From assembly GCA_024704765.1 (NCBI GenBank), contig JAKMXF010000031.1:6666-70665 (forward strand): 64,000 nt of DNA, in the 5' to 3' direction. The DNA is from Oopsacas minuta. Lineage: Eukaryota; Animalia; Porifera. The translations under genes and the position numbers were made by a program. Every line of letters begins with the position of its first letter. Positions within the stretch are counted from its first letter, which is position 1. The notes under the pieces are model-generated. The model was not told the origin of the DNA. It did not search any database and saw nothing but the letters and a program-made list of their open reading frames with translations. This document shows, in pieces, positions 14,701 to 28,823 of the stretch.

Positions 14701-17700
14701 TCAGTATCAAAATATTTCTTATCAGTATCAAAATATTTAACAATAAGCTGATAGAGGGTCTTTAATGCCCACTTCTTACACTTCCACCACTGAGCACTAG
14801 CTCGTGATTCTTCCGTTAGTGTCGCGTCTATTTCAGGTAGACCCTTGCCTATTACACACATCCAATAAGGGAACCATTGATGTAGGACATGGTCCTGGAA
14901 TATGGATAATGGTAGATGACAGTTCACGACATAGAATATAGACTTTAATACATAATGCTGTATGTAGTAAGATAGCTCATCCTCTTGATTCACTAGAGTA
15001 CGACAGCGCTGGTATAACAGAGGTAGGAGAGTTTGTATTAAACCTATATGATATATGATATTAGCACAGCTCCTTAGGGAGATTACCTAATGGCATAAAC
15101 GTACGTCAGTAAGCACTGCAGTGAGAACTCTAGCAGCCTATTTGCATGATAATTAGTACATATATACATTCTGTCAAAGATTTTGCAACTGAAACTTTTC
15201 AAACCTTATTGGTGATTAAGTAATCATATTTTCATTTTCACAATATTCTATAAGGAAAATTAAAAACATGCTAGAGATTAAATTCAATTAGTTGTTAGAG
15301 GTACACATTGATAGTAAATATTCTACGTATTTCATTCTGTACAATATTTCTTTAAATAAGTTTGTAATCTCGAATTATCCAATACTAGCCGCTTCACTTA
15401 CTTGCTCTGCAAACACCTGTGTTTGTATCTAACGCCGCACTTTGTGCCTCGAATGTTTTCATAAAATATACTAATATTAACAAATAAGGATTGAAAGAAT
15501 TCTGAATCAGAGCACCCGATTACACTGAATAATTCCATTAAGGTTAAGAAGCCAGGGATATCTGACTTGGGTCTAGCACACTTGCGTACAGTATGTTATT
15601 ATTTGTTGAATTCAAACAAATTCATATATATATTTAATGATTAGGCCATGTAAAATAAAATACTTGTTTCTCATCCATTTTCTTCTGCGAAATAAGGGCG
15701 GGGGGCGGCATTTTATTTTTATTTTTTGCATAGCGTCATTTTACTAATTTATTTAAACTATCTCGTTAATACGAATTTCTGATAAGACTAACAATATTCG
15801 TACATAATCAGGTCCCCACAACCGTACTTCAATGGATATTACTCCGGTTTATGAGCTCCAGAAAGGCGAATAAATTTTAACCGTACGGTCCATTGGTGTT
15901 CGTATTATGCTTACACTGTATATGGGAAAACGCGATTAATCTATAATTGTATATAATAATAATGATAAAAATAATAATAATAAAAATTTAGTGCACACCC
16001 CAGGGCTGATTTTGCCATGCAGGGAGGGGTATTTAGGCCTGACTCGGACAGGTTTGAGTCTTGGTCAAAAATTCTGTTCTCTTTAGTTGCAAATATCACT
16101 ATCTTATCGGGGCCAATGCCAGAGTCGTAGAATAGAAAATTCCTGTTAGAAAATGTCTTGATGTTGTCAGCGTCTAATTGAAGTTCTTCAAGAGATACTG
16201 GATTAGGTGGAGCAATACGTTGCCTTTTATACATCATTTTCAGGGCGTGTTGATTTGGAAGCAGAGGCTTCGCAGATTCAGACAATAAACTGGTCATCTC
16301 TCCTATCGCAACGTGTGGATTGTCATTAGTTTCTCTCCCTCGCTTCCTCATTAAATCTTTCATGACTGTTACCTCATCTTTACCGTATTCCTGTGGATGA
16401 GAATGTTCCTCACACCGCCACTCCTTTTTGATAGCTCCCCGATGGAAAATATACAATATCCGTCGTGGGATAATTTGTTAGTCCCCTTTGAAGATTTGAC
16501 TATTTGGAATGAAGTATCGCGATTAGCAGACATTAGATACTTGGTGATAAAATATTCAGCTCATCCAATGCATTTTATAGATCCCGAAATAATTTTGTAA
16601 TTAATTAGAGTTTATTTATCTGTGAAACCTTTAATTAACTTATCAAACATACATTACATTGTACACAACTGTGAACTATAAACCTTGTACGCAAGTGTGA
16701 TGTACACAAGTGTGCGGCTCCCATTTTGTCAAGTTTTATTGATGTGTCTAAGGATTATTGCAAGGTAATCAATAATACCATATCAAAATGTATCTTCAGG
16801 GTATATACGATATGTTTGCAATGTTATTGGCCATAACATTAATGCAGGGGTTCTTAACCTTTTTTGAAGTGAAAGACCCCCTATAAAGATCTGGTGAAAG
16901 CTATGGACCCCTGTCCAGAAACTGTACAAAACTAAATAAGGCGTTAAGTTGACACAATATTATTATTCACACGCATGACAAATCTGAAGAAAAACTAAGG
17001 TGTTTTGAATTACTAGTTAATTAGTATATTAGTAGAATGCGTATGATTGAGAATTAGTATCTTATGATAATTGCGAGAAAAAATATTTCTCATATAAAAA
17101 GAATGCAAAGTTTGCAAAGTACATGAAACTCCTTTTCTGCTCGACGGTATGGACCCGCTGAAGGACACCTACGGACCCCTTGGGGTCCATTGACCCCAGG
17201 TTAAGAAACCCTGCATTAAAGGCTGTCAAGTTATAAGTGAATATTAGCAGAAATGTGTCATCTATGGTTACTACTATAACCCTAGAGCGGGGCGCATGCA
17301 TTGGTTCTACTCGGAAAATTGGCGTTAGTTCTACTTTTTCAATGTGTAGGCATTAGTTCTACTCGGAAGATTGGCAGTGCTACTATTAATTAATCCAACA
17401 AAAGTCCATCCAAACACAAAACTAGCATGGACTCTACATCTCCGCCCCTAGGTAGCTTAATAACGAGTACAAATGAAAACTCCCAGACCAATAAGGTAGT
17501 GAACAAAATTTCTAATCCCCTCCCAATGGTACGGGTTTATAATTTATACAATAAAATGCCCTATCACGTCCTCGTTTTTTATAAATCCATTTTCTATATC
17601 GATCTATCGACAACATAGCTAAAATAAATTCGATCTATCACAACGTCTGAATTCGACTAAAGCCAACACACGGAATACGACCTAATGCAGCGCCCAAATG

Positions 17701-20375
17701 GACACATTGAAAAAGTAGAACTAACGTCTACAAAAGACAATTAGAACTAATGACTACTAGAGTACTAGAACTAATGCCGCGTTCCCCTCTAGAACATGAG
17801 AACTGTATTATGGCAATTTTTGATATTTTGTATGAAAATTCTTTGGATTATTTGGTGTTAATTCTAGAGTCTACGAAGTGATATGTGTATATATTCATTG
17901 ATCATTTGACTGAGAAAAAATGGCGCATTTTTCACAACATAATTCCGTTTTAACCAATCAGATGACGTCATTTCGACCTGGGACTCTAGTTTGTATTAAT
18001 TATTAACTAACAATAATACATTTATTCGGGACAAAATGCACCAATTTTGTATTATCGTTAATAATAGTATTGCCTATCAATATTAATGTACTTCAAGTAA
18101 TCCATGGTTCTGAATGGTAGTATGACCTTATATAACGATGAGGGGTGCATGCTTTAGTTAGAATTTTAAGGTTGTCATTAGTTAGAATTTTCTGAATTGT
18201 AACAAGTTAGAATGAATTTTTAGTCGATTCTAACTTGTTACAATTCAAAAAATTCTAACTAAAGCAGCGCCCCCAACGATGCTCACTACACAGGTTTCTC
18301 AAAATCTCATGTACTATGATCGATTGATTTCAACCTAGAGTTAAGTTCATACACCTGTACGTTACATATGTAATAATAATATGAATACCTTACTATAGGA
18401 AATTAACTCGAATTGGAGCTGAACACTTTCAAATACATGAAATTATCGCGATTGAGAGGGAGAACATTTGTGTATACACTATTTTATGCGGATAAATATT
18501 AAGAAAATTATTCAATTATCTAAACATATAAAGAAATAATTCCAGTCCACTTGATAGACATGGTATCCTCTCAAACCAGTCACGCATCGGAAAACATGTA
18601 ATTTGGGAGTTTGCCCATCCATTGTATAAATTGCAGGAAATAATGTCATGGAGCGTTAATTTCCTATAGTAAGGTATTCTCAATTAACAAACCTAAGAAT
18701 TCTCCTCTATTATCATCAGCTTTGAATTGATACTTCCTTCCAATCTGATACAATGCTAGAGCAGCTCCTCTCCACTGGGGCACTGAGTCTGTTTCTAAAT
18801 ATCCTCTCAATTTCAGGACTAAATCAGGCCATACCTGAGGGAAATCAGACCTTGATATCAGCTCTAGACAGTAACAAAGAGGTCTACGTGTGTTGTTATC
18901 CTCTGTCAGGACAAGAGAGTCTATGATACCCGATCGAATAATGTTCTTATCTTCTACAGATATAATATACTCAAGACAGTCTGTATCTTTATCTGACTTA
19001 TCTCTCCATAGACGACCTAATGAATAGAATACATATGTACACTCATTTCCTGTCATATAGAATACTGAGTAGAGTAACCTCCGGTTATAACGAAGTTATG
19101 TATTAATTGGTTATAACCGGAAAGCTATTGAATTTCACTCAGTTATAACATAGTCCTCTCAAAACAAAGCCAGTTACAAAAACTTCCACTAATATTAATC
19201 TAATAACAGTTATGGTTATTAAGATCTAGTGCTTTGAAGATAAGATTCAGTTTCAATTCAATTATAGTTACAGTCAAAGCATACCTAACCACAGACTATG
19301 AACTAATCAAACTTGCGTTAAATACGTAACGCAACTTTCCTCACCTCCCTGACACTATTTGACTGTTTTGTAACAAAAAGAATAGAGATGTCACACATTT
19401 AAACAGTACCCTAAGGAAGTGGCTATAATTAAAGAAGCGGGGATTGATGAAATGAGAAAAGACTAACAACTAATACTCACTATGGACAAGTAGATGGCTA
19501 TATTTTCGAATACAGTCGAATTCTATTAACGGGGAGGGGTCTTACTTTAGAGATAATTATGCCTCATATTTACCTCTATAAGTGTATAAGTATATAAGTG
19601 AAGCATTTTTAAGATAAATTCGGACCATGGATAGTAGATTTCGTATTTATGCTTGGATGTTATTCTGTCATTTTGATGCTGGATTGGAGGAAAGGGTATA
19701 TCTAAGTGCTTGGTGGGAATCTAAATTGCCAGTCGGCAGCCATGAAGGACACAAAATGCCGATAGTGAGATTCAAATTAGTAAAGGATCAATATGCTAAC
19801 GTCCAAATAAACCCCTGATTAAAGGGAAGATTCAACATAACTTAAAGCCAGAGATCCGCCATCCATGGTTAAAATATAATTAGCGAGCGAGCGAGACTAT
19901 TCTCTGTTCAGGCAGTACAGGCTAAACACATTGTTTGATGTGTGTTTGTCGTAAAGAGCCATAACCACACCGACATAAACGGGTCGTCCTAAGAGACCTA
20001 TGTTCGGGAAATTTTGTATTTCGGTCTATATTGGAGTTATTAGGTAAGTGTTATATTTGACTATTTGGGTCAAAACAACTGTTCCCATAATATATACAAT
20101 AGAATTCACTTAGTAGGAGACTAAATAGTTAACGAGAGGTAATGTATATTAAGCTATAACATACCAATAGTATTCTTGAGGTATACAGATGCTGACTGTC
20201 TTATATGAGGAGGTATATCAATACTCATATCTACAGCTATACGTAGCAGGAGAGGACAGAACCCTGTCTGGAATGAAGTCTCTTCTAAAAACCTCTCAGC
20301 TATGTTCCTCTCATTATCTTCCAACTGTACTGTCTTACTGAGAGCTGAAACTAACACTTCTAATGGAGATGACAT
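8739..20375 (-). CDS. IPO7: Importin-7/8 family karyopherin, 1047 aa; exons 20375-20165, 19016-18693, 14992-14184, 13880-13529, 11845-10521, 8861-8739
   Basis: All five introns are GT-AG and phases sum to an open 3144-nt frame; IBN_N motif IRQSASVYLKN, WWKCKKWAL, DPSEYIR, LRARACW, EGIHDRK and acidic C-terminal loop; IPO7 vs IPO8 not resolvable. Confidence 0.92.
8964..9444. mobile_element. pogo/Tigger-like MITE in importin intron
   Basis: Imperfect TIRs caatgtaagctgcttaaccgggac / gtcctgattaagctgcttccattg; TA on the left. Confidence 0.55.
9620..10179 (-). mobile_element. Non-autonomous Helitron-like repeat
   Basis: Starts A|TCTATATTATTAAA followed by a (GTCT)n/(GTTT)n tract, as in known non-autonomous Helitrons; homologous copy at 30573 and fragments at ~38660 and ~39060-39150. 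Confidence 0.55.
9764..10013. mobile_element. Tc1/mariner-type MITE nested in the Helitron-like repeat
   Basis: Perfect 26-bp TIR cactccctggccaaaagtattggaac with TA on both sides; the 30573 copy lacks this insert. Confidence 0.9.
13083..13430. mobile_element. hAT-like MITE
   Basis: TIR tagggatcgacc / ggtcgatcccta; degenerate 8-bp TSD ggtgcaat/agtgctat. Confidence 0.65.
15990..16560 (-). pseudogene. FLYWCH-MULE transposase remnant in importin intron 2
   Basis: KSSKGTNKLSHDGY..., EWRCEEHSHP, PPNPVSLEEL, FLFYDSGIGPDKIVIFAT; frameshifted and truncated before the DDE core. Confidence 0.7.
16845..17213. mobile_element. hAT-type MITE
   Basis: TIR caggggttcttaacc / ggttaagaaaccctg; 8-bp TSD cattaatg/cattaaag. 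Confidence 0.8.
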
Positions 20376-21589
20376 TCCTTTGCTGTATAGCTGTTGCTAT
20401 AGAATATGCTAGAGTATTTGTTATAGAAGTTACAACACGCCGTATTACATGATAACAACTTTTGTATACATTTGCTTACAGTTTTGAAAATAGAAAAGAT
20501 ATTAGTGATATTAATTATCCAAGTTTGTTGCATAGTCAAAGAGGCATACAAGAGGGTGGTGATAGATAATTATTCAGTCTTGTAGTGGTATTCCTGCCCC
20601 TGTTTATCAGGGAAAAATGTATACATAATAGTTATGGAAGATTCTATTGTGTTAGTAATATACTAACCTCAGTGCCAGTGCTTCACCGCGGTTAAAATAG
20701 TGTTGTGATGTCATATACAATTGAATATATTTCAGAGCTTCCATTAATTACCATTCAAGGACACAGGATCAATTCTCATAGCCACTATCAATAAATGGAG
20801 AAATGATTGGTGTCATGTACTTTGAGTAATTATTGCACTATCATTACAGGCCTAATTCATATATGAACTCAAATGCATTGGTTTGTATGGGGGGAGATCT
20901 GAAAGATCAGAGATCTTCTGATACACTAATCCGATCTCTTAAAATGCCATATTCAGGGTGCTAGATTAACTCAGATAGGCGTGAGGCTATTAACACTGAC
21001 AGGTCAATACTTAAATCTCGAATTCAAGCAAAACTATCACTAAGATATTACTAGCGAGCTTAATATAAACGTTCTCCTATTGTGAACCTAGTGTAGTAGT
21101 CCCAACAAAATCATTCTCATAGCATTTGGATTGAATGAAGTCTCGTACTATGAATAAGATCTTTAGTCCCGTGAGGTGACCCAATAAGCTACCCTGACTG
21201 TAACTCATTTGAGAAAATATTCATCTCTATACAATCTCGAAAGTCAAAAGCTTCATGAATTTCATTTGGTCTACTATAATGCTACCTATACCAGACACCG
21301 TCTAAGCCACATCAATACAGAGGAATACACTCATAGCGAACTAATTCGGACATTTATTCGCTATAAGCGTGAAACAGAAATAAATTGTGAGATATCTCAA
21401 TTCAGAAATATAACTCAAATATTTGTGTAAAGTAGCCATGAGCGGGGAATTATTTGGTAAATTCTTTCGAATATTCAAGTTTTGTGCTAAATTAGGACAA
21501 AATCAATTGGAACTATGATTAATTGGAACTATGATTAATTGAATTTTTGGGTTTCTGAGAAGAAATTATATTTTGCAAAAATAGCTGAA

Positions 21590-21730
21590 ATAACAATCGT
21601 TGGAGGAAGTGAGTCTACACTTTCAAAATCTCTGGTTAGAGGACATTTACATTTGAAAGTTTAAATGAGGAATGGGGATTAGCAGGAGATCCGACGGCAC
21701 GAGCTCTCCCCCCTTATAGATGTTATCCTG
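21590..21730 (+). repeat. Copy of the long-TIR repeat also at 22910-23030 (direct) and 23100-23230 (inverted)
   Basis: Shared core ggaggaagtga...acatttgaaag..aaatg.ggaatgggg.ttag.aggagatcc.acggcac. Confidence 0.7.
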
Positions 21731-21979
21731 TAATAGCCGTAAATTCGCTATATCCGTGTTCCACTGTAACATACTGGAATCTCGATAATACGAACATAAT
21801 CGAGGGTTAAACATTGTCAGCTTTATCCGGAGTAATACCAATTGATTTACTATTGTAGGGAACTGATGATATGTAAAGTGTTCTTATTAGCGACGTTCCA
21901 ATATGTGAATAATAACTCTCATTTACCTACAAAAATCGTATAATAAACACAGTAATAAATACAAAAACTGATTGGAATT

Positions 21980-22582
21980 TTATTTTTTCCAAAAATACGG
22001 ATCTAAATTCATTTGAGTTTGAAACTTTTCAATCCAGCTCTTGACAACATGAGAAGGAATGTATTGCTCTGTAGTTAATGGGTTAATAGCAGCTGGTTGT
22101 ATTTCATATGACAACGCATGGTTGACAAAGGAATCCATCATCTTAGAAACAAACTGTGTTTGAAAATCTACTGTAACAGCTTCCGATTTCTTGTCTGGTA
22201 CTTTCTCTACGATAGACATCAGCTGTTCTACTGATATTCCGATTAAAACACTCGTGTTTGATATATTATGAGATAGTGCTGAGAACATTCCTGGATTACC
22301 ACCCGTAGCAACCAGATCCCGCCTAGATAAACGGAATATCGCAGAGGGTTTCTCATTAGAAATGCATCCCATGTACTCCCATAGAGGATCAGGTTGGTCT
22401 TGTGAGGGCCAGCCTATGTGTATTGATCCTCCGTAACCATCAGGGAATGGTACTGCTCCTGTCATGAATACACACAAATGGTTCACAGTACTTACAGAGT
22501 CTAGCTGCATTACATATACTGTATCAGATACTTGGGAGATTTCTGTGTTAGGGAGACGTCCTGCTACCAGGTAGCCGAACAT
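21980..22582 (-). CDS. HIKESHI: Hikeshi (OPI10 family) Hsp70 nuclear import carrier, single exon, 200 aa
   Basis: MFGYLVAGRL, NHLCVFMTGAVPFPDGYGGSIH, ISNEKPSAIF and C-terminal DPYFWK match the family. Confidence 0.92.
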   Translation of the reverse strand: MFGYLVAGRLPNTEISQVSDTVYVMQLDSVSTVNHLCVFMTGAVPFPDGYGGSIHIGWPSQDQPDPLWEYMGCISNEKPSAIFRLSRRDLVATGGNPGMFSALSHNISNTSVLIGISVEQLMSIVEKVPDKKSEAVTVDFQTQFVSKMMDSFVNHALSYEIQPAAINPLTTEQYIPSHVVKSWIEKFQTQMNLDPYFWKK

Positions 22583-22909
22583 TATTGAATAGTAATTAGC
22601 TAATATTAGGAGTAATCAGAAGGAAACTGTTACAAATATCTCAATCTGGAAGTGAGATTCGTTGGAATCATACAATATACTAGAAGTGATCTATGAAAAG
22701 ACTAAGAATTCGGCAGCATGTAAATGTAAACCCGAAATCGTGAGAGTTGAGGGCTCAGCTGTTAGTTGGGAACTCAGCTGACTAGAGAACGAATGATTCC
22801 AGTAAGTGCTTTACTCAATGTAACTCCGCTACAATGTACACAGAGTAACAAATATAGGAAATAGAGATTACTGTTCTCTGTCTAGCATATGCATCAATTA
22901 TCTCTATAA

Positions 22910-23230
22910 CAGTCATCGGAGGAAGTGACTTTACATCTTCAAAAATCTCTGGTTACATTTGAAAGTATAAATGGGGAATGGGGGTTAGTAGGAGATCCTA
23001 CGGCACTACCTCCCCCACTTCTAAAGGGTATACTCTAGTAAGTATTAACTATTAAGCAAGTTCTCCTGTGTGCTATAAACGGATTGAATATACAATAGAG
23101 CATCATAAGTGGGGGAGGTCGTGCCGGCGAATCTCCTGATAACTCCCCATTCCCCATTTATAATTTAAATGTAATTGTCCTTGAACGAGATATATTTGAA
23201 TCAAATGTATAGCCACTTGCTCCAACGACC
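22910..23230. mobile_element. Foldback/MITE-like element with ~120-bp imperfect TIRs
   Basis: 22910-23030 is the reverse complement of 23100-23230. Confidence 0.55.
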
Positions 23231-23869
23231 CTCTTTTCATTAATATTTGATTATTATATCATGCCCTAAGGGTGTTGGTTGGATATACAAATTGTAAGAA
23301 ATTCCCTTCAGAGAAACACAAACTTTTCTATTCATTATAGCGATAATTACGTAGTTTTTTCAAGTTTTGTTATTCAAGAAAATTTATCGCAGAATTCCCC
23401 ACTTTTAGAGGTAAATTCAATGGTTTGAGGGATAATTATCTCTAAAGTATGCCCAATCCCCAGGTTCGTTTCTATGGAAATGAATGAATGAATGAAGATG
23501 GACCAAGATTGCCCAAATTAAAGCGATTACAGCGCACTCATATGATTAATCATACTTTAACACTTACTCTTTAATAATATTATAATATTACTAAATATAT
23601 ATACAGCGTGTTCTTATTAAATTGATATATAATACATGTGATAGATAAGTTACAACAAATCAAAAATACTCAGAAGTATTATCTAATAATTCATAATACA
23701 AACTCAAATTACATAGAACGTGATGCATTCCAATTGAGCTGGTGATGATCTCGTGTTGTTACGAGCCATCACAAGCTATGTAGACGGAACGATTATAATC
23801 ATGAGGCTCAATAAAGGATATATATAAGGCAGGAAATTTGAAGGCATATCAAAGTCAATATTCGTTGCT

Positions 23870-26800
23870 ATGCAGTCCATTTTACTTCTTTCATTATGCG
23901 TACTGGCAATGGCCAATGCATTCTCCTTTAATGTCAACATAGCCTTAGATGTAAACGTGGTTGATGTATGGGCAGAATGGAAACAGACACACGAGAAGGA
24001 ATACGATACAATCGTGGAGGAAGAGATAAGGAAAGCAATCTGGATGGATAACCTCGTCTATATACAAACGTTCAATAGTGAGGAGCATTCCTATAAGCTG
24101 GGACTCAATCAGTTCTCTGATTATGTGAGTTTTCTATATTTACCATTTTAACAGTGTTAGGTGATATAATATTTAAGAGTTTGGTAACCAGAAACTTAGG
24201 TTACTGATTAGAAATTCTATTATTAAAATCTTAAGTTGTATAATACGCATAAAATACACGAATTACTAAAATATATTCTTTAACAGATTTTATACCTTGA
24301 TTGCCTTATTGTTCTACTTACATTAACCTACTATTGCGCTTCGCTTGTTCGCGTTGCGCTGCTTGCTAACACTCTGTGTTCGCATGGGGCTGGCAATTCG
24401 TGCTTCGAATTAAACTTGATAGTGTGAAAATCGGAATCAGTAGGCTCGATTACCCCTATTTGTTTGTTTACATTTCTTATATTATACCTAAGTTGTATAA
24501 TACGTCTTTCAAATAAGACGTATTACGTAAAATACGTATTATACGTTCAATCTATAATTTTGGTGACGTAACTTCTATTAGGCTAATTTCTGCAATAAAT
24601 ATTTTGCATTAAAACAGAAGTTCTGGAATTGTTAATGAGAAATCTCAGTATAGTTAACCAAATATATGACAATTGATAATAAAGTGGCTTATAGAAGTCT
24701 ATCAATGTCAAAATCTAATATTTCGAGGTTAACCTAGACGTATAATACGTCAAAATAGATCACGTATACCGTATTATGCGTTATACGTGTATTATACAAC
24801 TGAGTATTATATACACAGATCGTTTCGTGTACAAACAAGCAAACTAACACACAAACACACAACAATTGAGTTTTAATCAAGGGTTCCACCGAATTTTACC
24901 AGTATTCGGTTAGGCCGCTATTCATGAAGTACTGATATTCGGTTTGATCGGTTTCAACCTTGGTTTGAATAATGTAGATTTGTTTTCAGAAATCAGAAAT
25001 CTTTACTTAATACTTCTAATAGTATTTATTACAAAATATTGCTAAGAATTGTTAGCACACAAAAATCTAAGTCGCTAGTTAGTAATACATTATTTCTATA
25101 TTTCTAATTGGAAACATCAGACATATAATCTCTAGCATCATATATATATATATATATAGTTCCTTATAGCCAGGGCTGTCGAGAGGGGGGGTAATTACCA
25201 CAGGGCCCGAGAAACTCTGTCTGTGAAGGTATGCATGGGCTTTATTGGCTGCATTAAGTAGACAAGTAAAGGGGAAATAAAGACATCGCTGGGCAGAGTA
25301 ATACCTTTGTTATTTAATCCTTCCTAGAAACCCAGTCCTGACTTACTTTGTATCAATTATAATTTTTTTCCATAACTAACTCAGTTTACGGGATACGATC
25401 CAAACGGCAGTCACGCGTAGATAGGCTAATAACCTTTTTGTGTAATTTTTGATATATACATATAATACGAATGCGATAGTTTGCGTTTAGTTTATTCACT
25501 TCACGATAACGGAACAAAATATCAGAGGGGGCCCACACGCGCTCTCGCCGGCCCCTGCTTATTGCTATATTCACAATTGTATTAAATACATTAAGTTTAG
25601 GAAATCTTAAGATTAGTAATTATTTTCCTAAGAGTATATTCACTACGCTATAGATACATGGACCTTACATAACAGGAAAAGTCCAATAAATTACTTGAAT
25701 TATCTGTTTTTGTGCTAGATTTGTAACAATAACCTGAAAACACACCTGATTGAGAATTTTCTTATCTTGTCCTTTCTTAATGACATCACAAAATTCATAA
25801 ATACCCGCAATATACACTAAACTCTCATTTTAATGAAGTGAGTGTTTCCCTCAAATTAGTAAGTAATCGCTGTTACTCCGAAATTCTGGATATGAGGAAA
25901 TAGAACCCGGGTACTTCGTTAGAACGAGAGTTTCCTGCAATATTAGACACTACTCAATTAAATGAAACTACCTAAACTGAAACCGAAACTGAATTGTCTT
26001 GAAATCAATTAATACATTACTTAACAAGTGTATAATGTGTAATATCCTCTGTAGACTAATAAGGAGTTTCAGGAGATATTCTTAGGATACGATTACGAAC
26101 AGAGTCTGGTGAGAAGGAATGCTACTCTACATAAAGTGGATTCCTCAGTCGAAATAGCTGATAGCATGGATTGGAGGGGAAAGGGAGCTGTTACAGGTGT
26201 TAAGGACCAGGTGAGTAATGGTCAGGGATTTGAGTATATAATAAGATGGAAGCTATGGGAGGAATAATTAGGGATAAAATATTGTTTATCGTGTTGTGTA
26301 AATTTGGATTATGTGATTTGAGAGTGACGAATACAACAGCTTGGTTCACATCTGAGTTGTTGAATACGTCTTTCAATGAAAACATATTTCGTATAATATG
26401 TCTTATACGTTCAGTCTACAATTTGGTGACGTAACTTCTATTAGGCTAATTTCTGCGATAAATATTTTGCATCCAAACAATAATTCTCGAATTATTAATT
26501 ATAAATCTCAGCATAGTTAACCAAATTATGTAATCTTGATAATAATGTGACTTATAAAAGTCTAACAATCTCAAAATCTGATATTTCGAGATTAACCTTG
26601 ATATTCAGGCAGATCTAGTATAGCTAATAATTATCACCCAGCTGTTGTTGTTGAAATAATATACGTAATTATTATATTTTAGAGATAACATACGTTACGT
26701 GTGATAATTTAATTAACACGAATGTATATGTGTATATGTGTGTGTAGGGACAATGTGGGTCATGCTGGTCATTCAGTGCTACTGGCAGTCTAGAGGGACA

Positions 26801-27713
26801 ATACTTCCTAAAAACTGGAAAGTTGATTTCATTTTCTGAACAGCAATTGTGCGACTGCTCAACTGGATATGGGAACCATGGATGTAAAGGAGGTCTCATG
26901 GATAATGCCTTCAGATATTGGGAAAAGTATTACGAAGAGTCAGAGGATAACTACCCTTACAGAGCAAAGGTATATCAAATATTTTCATTGATAATATAAC
27001 ATATTGTTTGTTTGTATACACCTCCAGTTGGGACTCCATTTCCGAACAGCGACATCGTTACGGAGATGCACATAAGGGTCAATGCCCCTTGGCTCAAATT
27101 GGGAAATATAAGAATACTCTTAGAGTATTAGTCAAATTAGTTATCATTACAGGTTTGTGTTTATAATATGAGAACAGTTTTTCATAAAATTGTTCCCACA
27201 TCCAAATCTGTATAAATGAAGTGTTTTCATAATCAACACCCACACTTAACTACATACCGGTTATATGAGTATTATGTCCAGTTCATGACCACTATATTAT
27301 CACTGAATTACATTCAATAGCTTAATAATATTAATGGTTTAACTGGTTAGGATGGAATGTGTCAGTACGACGAGAGTAAGGGAATAACAGAAGACAGCAC
27401 TTACAGGGATATACCTAGAGGAAGTGAACAAGGGCTAATGGATGCAATAGCAAAGGTGGGTCCTATCTCAGTAGCAATGGATGCAGGCCATAGATCATTT
27501 CAATCTTACCATAGTGGAGTTTATTCAGAGCGAGCCTGCTCATCTTTTAAACTGGACCATGGAGTACTAGCCGTGGGATACGATTCTACTGGAGGTTACT
27601 GGATAATTAAGAACAGCTGGGGCACAAGATGGGGCATGGAGGGATACTTCGAGATCGCCATGGCTGATAATATGTGTGGGATTTGCACACAAGCAAGCTA
27701 CCCAATAATATAA
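23870..27713 (+). CDS. CTSL: Cathepsin L-like cysteine protease, 331 aa; exons 23870-24124, 26055-26210, 26748-26969, 27351-27713
   Basis: Three phase-0 GT-AG introns; signal peptide, ERFNIN-like and GNFD-like prodomain motifs, catalytic [20 protein letters not shown]. Confidence 0.93.
24488..24804. mobile_element. Best-preserved copy of the dispersed MITE family
   Basis: Terminal inverted sequence ctaagttgtataatacg / gtattatacaactgag; same core as 7432. Confidence 0.7.
25171..25557. mobile_element. hAT-type MITE in cathepsin L intron 1
   Basis: cagggc...gcccctg termini; 8-bp TSD cttatagc/cttattgc. Confidence 0.7.
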
Positions 27714-28823
27714 CAGTAGAACTATGGATAGTGTGTATTCTCGACTAGCGAGATTCTATCTTTCAGCATGTATAAGATATTTTAACATAAATTTTGTGTA
27801 AACTTTCGATATAGTTTAGGATTGATTAAATGTTCTTCTTACTAATAAACATAAATACAGTAGTACTGTGGGAAATATGTGACTGGCTATAGTCAGTGTA
27901 TCTCACAGCAACGGACAGCAGTAAACTGCCAAAGTACTGTTACCAATACAGCTGTGATGATTTTTGGATTCGCTCCACTATTCCTAACATAATAATAATG
28001 TAGAGATTTCGGGATTAACATTTTAGTACAGCTGAGTTCCTATAGAGAGATGCCCTAATGGAATGGATGATGTGAGACGTCTATACGTCTGTGGGAATGT
28101 AATGATACGATTTACACAGTTTGGGTAGGAGACTGCATCTCGGGCATGGCTCTCGACACAAGTACAGTCGGGATTTGATCCATCTTCCAATTTAACCAAT
28201 ATTCCATTATTACTTAAATATATATCAAACTCCTTACTAAGGGGTCTCCAGATTTTGGTTTAGTATGCGCCGTGAATCTTTTCCTCGAATAAATATACTT
28301 AAAAATTTACAGATTTCCAAATACAGGCAAAAACCTTTGAGAATGGCTTGGGTAGTCAGTGCTACCTCTAAGGAATCCCGGATATCTCACAGATTATTTC
28401 TTCTTCAAACCAAACCCCAGAAATGAAATATATTGAATGCTTCACCAAGTAATACATAGTGTATAATACCTTACTAGAATTCCCTAATTGAAGTGGCCTC
28501 TAGGTTGAATTTATAGGGTCAATATGTTGGTGTACAAAAAACTCCTATCACAGGAGATTCTCTGCAACTATTACAATAGTAATCGATTGGAATCAAATTC
28601 AACCTTTGCTTTAATCATAAACATAAAGGGAAATACTCAAAAGTAATCAACTCCAGGTCTGTTCATGACAGGGTCAGGGATATTAAACAGGACTAACTAT
28701 CGCCACCAGTATAACCAGCAACAATCACCAATTACAAGATTGATAAATAATGATAACTAATATATACATGAATCTACTAATAGACACTAGAATAAGCAAA
28801 TAGTTATGACTACTGTTAGTCTG

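Noticed and set aside
23870-27713. Possible silicatein, given the sponge-like context
   Set aside because: The catalytic residue is Cys (QCGSCW), not the Ser of silicateins; it is an ordinary cathepsin L
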